A stretch of DNA of 64,000 nt from an uncultured Acidobacteriota bacterium (lineage in GTDB: Bacteria > Acidobacteriota > Vicinamibacteria > Fen-336), in assembly GCA_963720545.1 (NCBI GenBank), contig OY970399.1:672001-736000 (forward strand), given 5' to 3'. The notes under the pieces are model-generated. The model had not been told where the DNA came from. It saw nothing but the letters and a program-made list of their open reading frames with translations, and did not search any database. This document shows, one piece after another, positions 62,635 to 64,000 of the stretch (positions within the stretch are counted from its first letter, which is position 1; every line of letters begins with the position of its first letter). Both the position numbers and the translations under genes were made by a program.

Positions 62635-63273
62635 GTGACGAGCACCATCACAAAGCGGGCGCAGCCGGACGCGGGCTGGAAACTGGTCGGGGGCGCGCCG
62701 AGCCTCGACTTCGTCAACACCGTCGGCGCGCGCGTAGACGACCGCGTGCAGCGCGACTTCCTGCCCGGCTACGACTGGCTCGCGCGCTGGAGCGCCTACG
62801 CCGGGGTCGCGACCGCCGCCGAGCGTGACCGGCTGCACGATCAGGCGCGGCGTTCGCCGGCAGGGGCAGGCGCGGCGCTGCGGCGCGGCGTGGCGCTGCG
62901 CGAGGCGATCTTTCGCATCGGTCAGGCGCTGGCCGCTGGCGGCGCGCCGCCGGCCCGCGACGTCTCGCTTCTCGACCGCGAGGTGCGCGAGGCACGGCGG
63001 CACCAGCGGCTGGTGGCGCGCGGCGGCACGCTCCAGAGCGCGTGGCGCCGCGACCCGAAGCGCCTCGACCGCATCCTGTGGCCGCTGGCGCTCGATGCCG
63101 CGGAGCTGTTCGGCTCGGAGCGGGTGCGCCGGCTGAAGCAGTGCGGCGGCAGCGAGTGCGGGTGGCTGTTCCTCGACACCACCCGCAACCACAGCCGTCA
63201 GTGGTGCGACATGGGCGACTGCGGCAACCTCGCCAAGGTGCGGCGCTTCCGCCAGCGGCTGCGCAGGAAGTAA
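62635..63273 (+). CDS. ABATE/CGNR zinc-finger domain protein
   Basis: LDFVNT, C..CGWLFLDTTRNHSRQWCDMGDCGN. Confidence 0.92.
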   Translation: MTSTITKRAQPDAGWKLVGGAPSLDFVNTVGARVDDRVQRDFLPGYDWLARWSAYAGVATAAERDRLHDQARRSPAGAGAALRRGVALREAIFRIGQALAAGGAPPARDVSLLDREVREARRHQRLVARGGTLQSAWRRDPKRLDRILWPLALDAAELFGSERVRRLKQCGGSECGWLFLDTTRNHSRQWCDMGDCGNLAKVRRFRQRLRRK

Positions 63274-63276
63274 GAC

Positions 63277-63999
63277 TCAGAGGCGCTGGCGCAGCAGGTA
63301 CGACAGCTTCACGAAGAACGCGCGTCCTGAACGCACCAGCGCGGGATCTGGCAAGCCGCCCTGCGGGTCGAGGAGGTCGCGGCGAAAGTCGTCGTCGTAG
63401 CCGAAGTAGACGGCGGTGCCCGGGTTCGGCGTCCAGCCCGCGACCAGCTGGCCGCGCAGGGCGCCTTGCAGCGTGTCCCAGTCGGTGCGCACGCGGCAGA
63501 AGCCGAAGCGCCCGAATTGCCTCGCGACGGTAGCCGAATAGAGCGCCTGGTCGTAGGCGAGCCGGCCGGTGTCGTTGCGCGTCAGGCGGCTACGGGTGTG
63601 CGAGGCGCTGAGCCGCAGCGGCGGGCTCGGCCTCCACTCGACGCGCATGTCGATGTCGAAGCTGTGCCCCGGCCCCGGGTCGAGCGGCGCCAGCGGGTCG
63701 GCGAGCGCCGCCGGGCTGACGCGCGGATAGCGCAGCGAGGCGCCGAAGTCGTAGTCGAAGACGTCCCAGCTCTGCGTCACGAGCAGCGAAGCCGAAAACG
63801 TCCTGCGCGGTGCCGTGACCAGATTCGCGACGTAGCCGCGGTAGACGGTGCGCCGCTCCTGGCGGCCGCCGAACGGTTCACCCAGTTCCTCGGCAAAGAC
63901 CCGCAGGTAATCGGCGTAGCCGCGCACCGTGAGCTTCGTCTCCTTCGCCATCGTCAGCTCGATGCCCGGATACGCATAGAGATACTTCAGGCGGCTGCG
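63277..63999 (-). CDS. Outer-membrane beta-barrel protein (DUF5916-like), 5'-truncated by the window edge
   Basis: Amphipathic beta strands, WTPNPGTAVYFGY, C-terminal FFVKLSYL. Frame is open to the window end. Confidence 0.7.
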   Translation of the reverse strand, partial: RSRLKYLYAYPGIELTMAKETKLTVRGYADYLRVFAEELGEPFGGRQERRTVYRGYVANLVTAPRRTFSASLLVTQSWDVFDYDFGASLRYPRVSPAALADPLAPLDPGPGHSFDIDMRVEWRPSPPLRLSASHTRSRLTRNDTGRLAYDQALYSATVARQFGRFGFCRVRTDWDTLQGALRGQLVAGWTPNPGTAVYFGYDDDFRRDLLDPQGGLPDPALVRSGRAFFVKLSYLLRQRL

Positions 64000-64000
64000 C

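Overview
GC-rich bacterial chromosome segment. The ADOP permease, Oar-like TonB-dependent receptor, Ser/Thr kinase-TPR and sulfatase-TPR genes point to Acidobacteriota, probably Vicinamibacteria-like (inference). It carries about 55 protein genes and two convergently oriented tRNA-Arg genes (TCG at 26360, CCG at 49449), each followed at its 3' end by an accessory-looking block. Main blocks: a Zn-metallopeptidase / Ddl-like ATP-grasp pair next to a lytic transglycosylase (6.5-9.7 kb); a cluster of GT-C-like membrane proteins with a polyprenol-phosphate glycosyltransferase (11-24 kb); a REC/DUF4388 regulator, Cache-HAMP-Ser/Thr kinase and LysM-FecR locus (34.7-39.3 kb); and a general-stress island with ferritin-like, SRPBCC, Zn-ADH, PolX-like PHP, SDR and katE genes (40.7-49.4 kb). 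The most striking unexplained signal is regulatory. Eight sigma54-type -24/-12 boxes precede mostly stress genes, two pairs of them abut back-to-back with identical geometry, and a shared AT-rich TTTGTA(G/C)AA motif lies upstream of several. Many other genes look leaderless. Two zones (41.8-45 kb and 57.8-59.9 kb) have dense frameshifts that are probably sequencing errors. No CRISPR array, integrase, transposase or rRNA was seen. All family calls come from recalled motifs, not from database searches.
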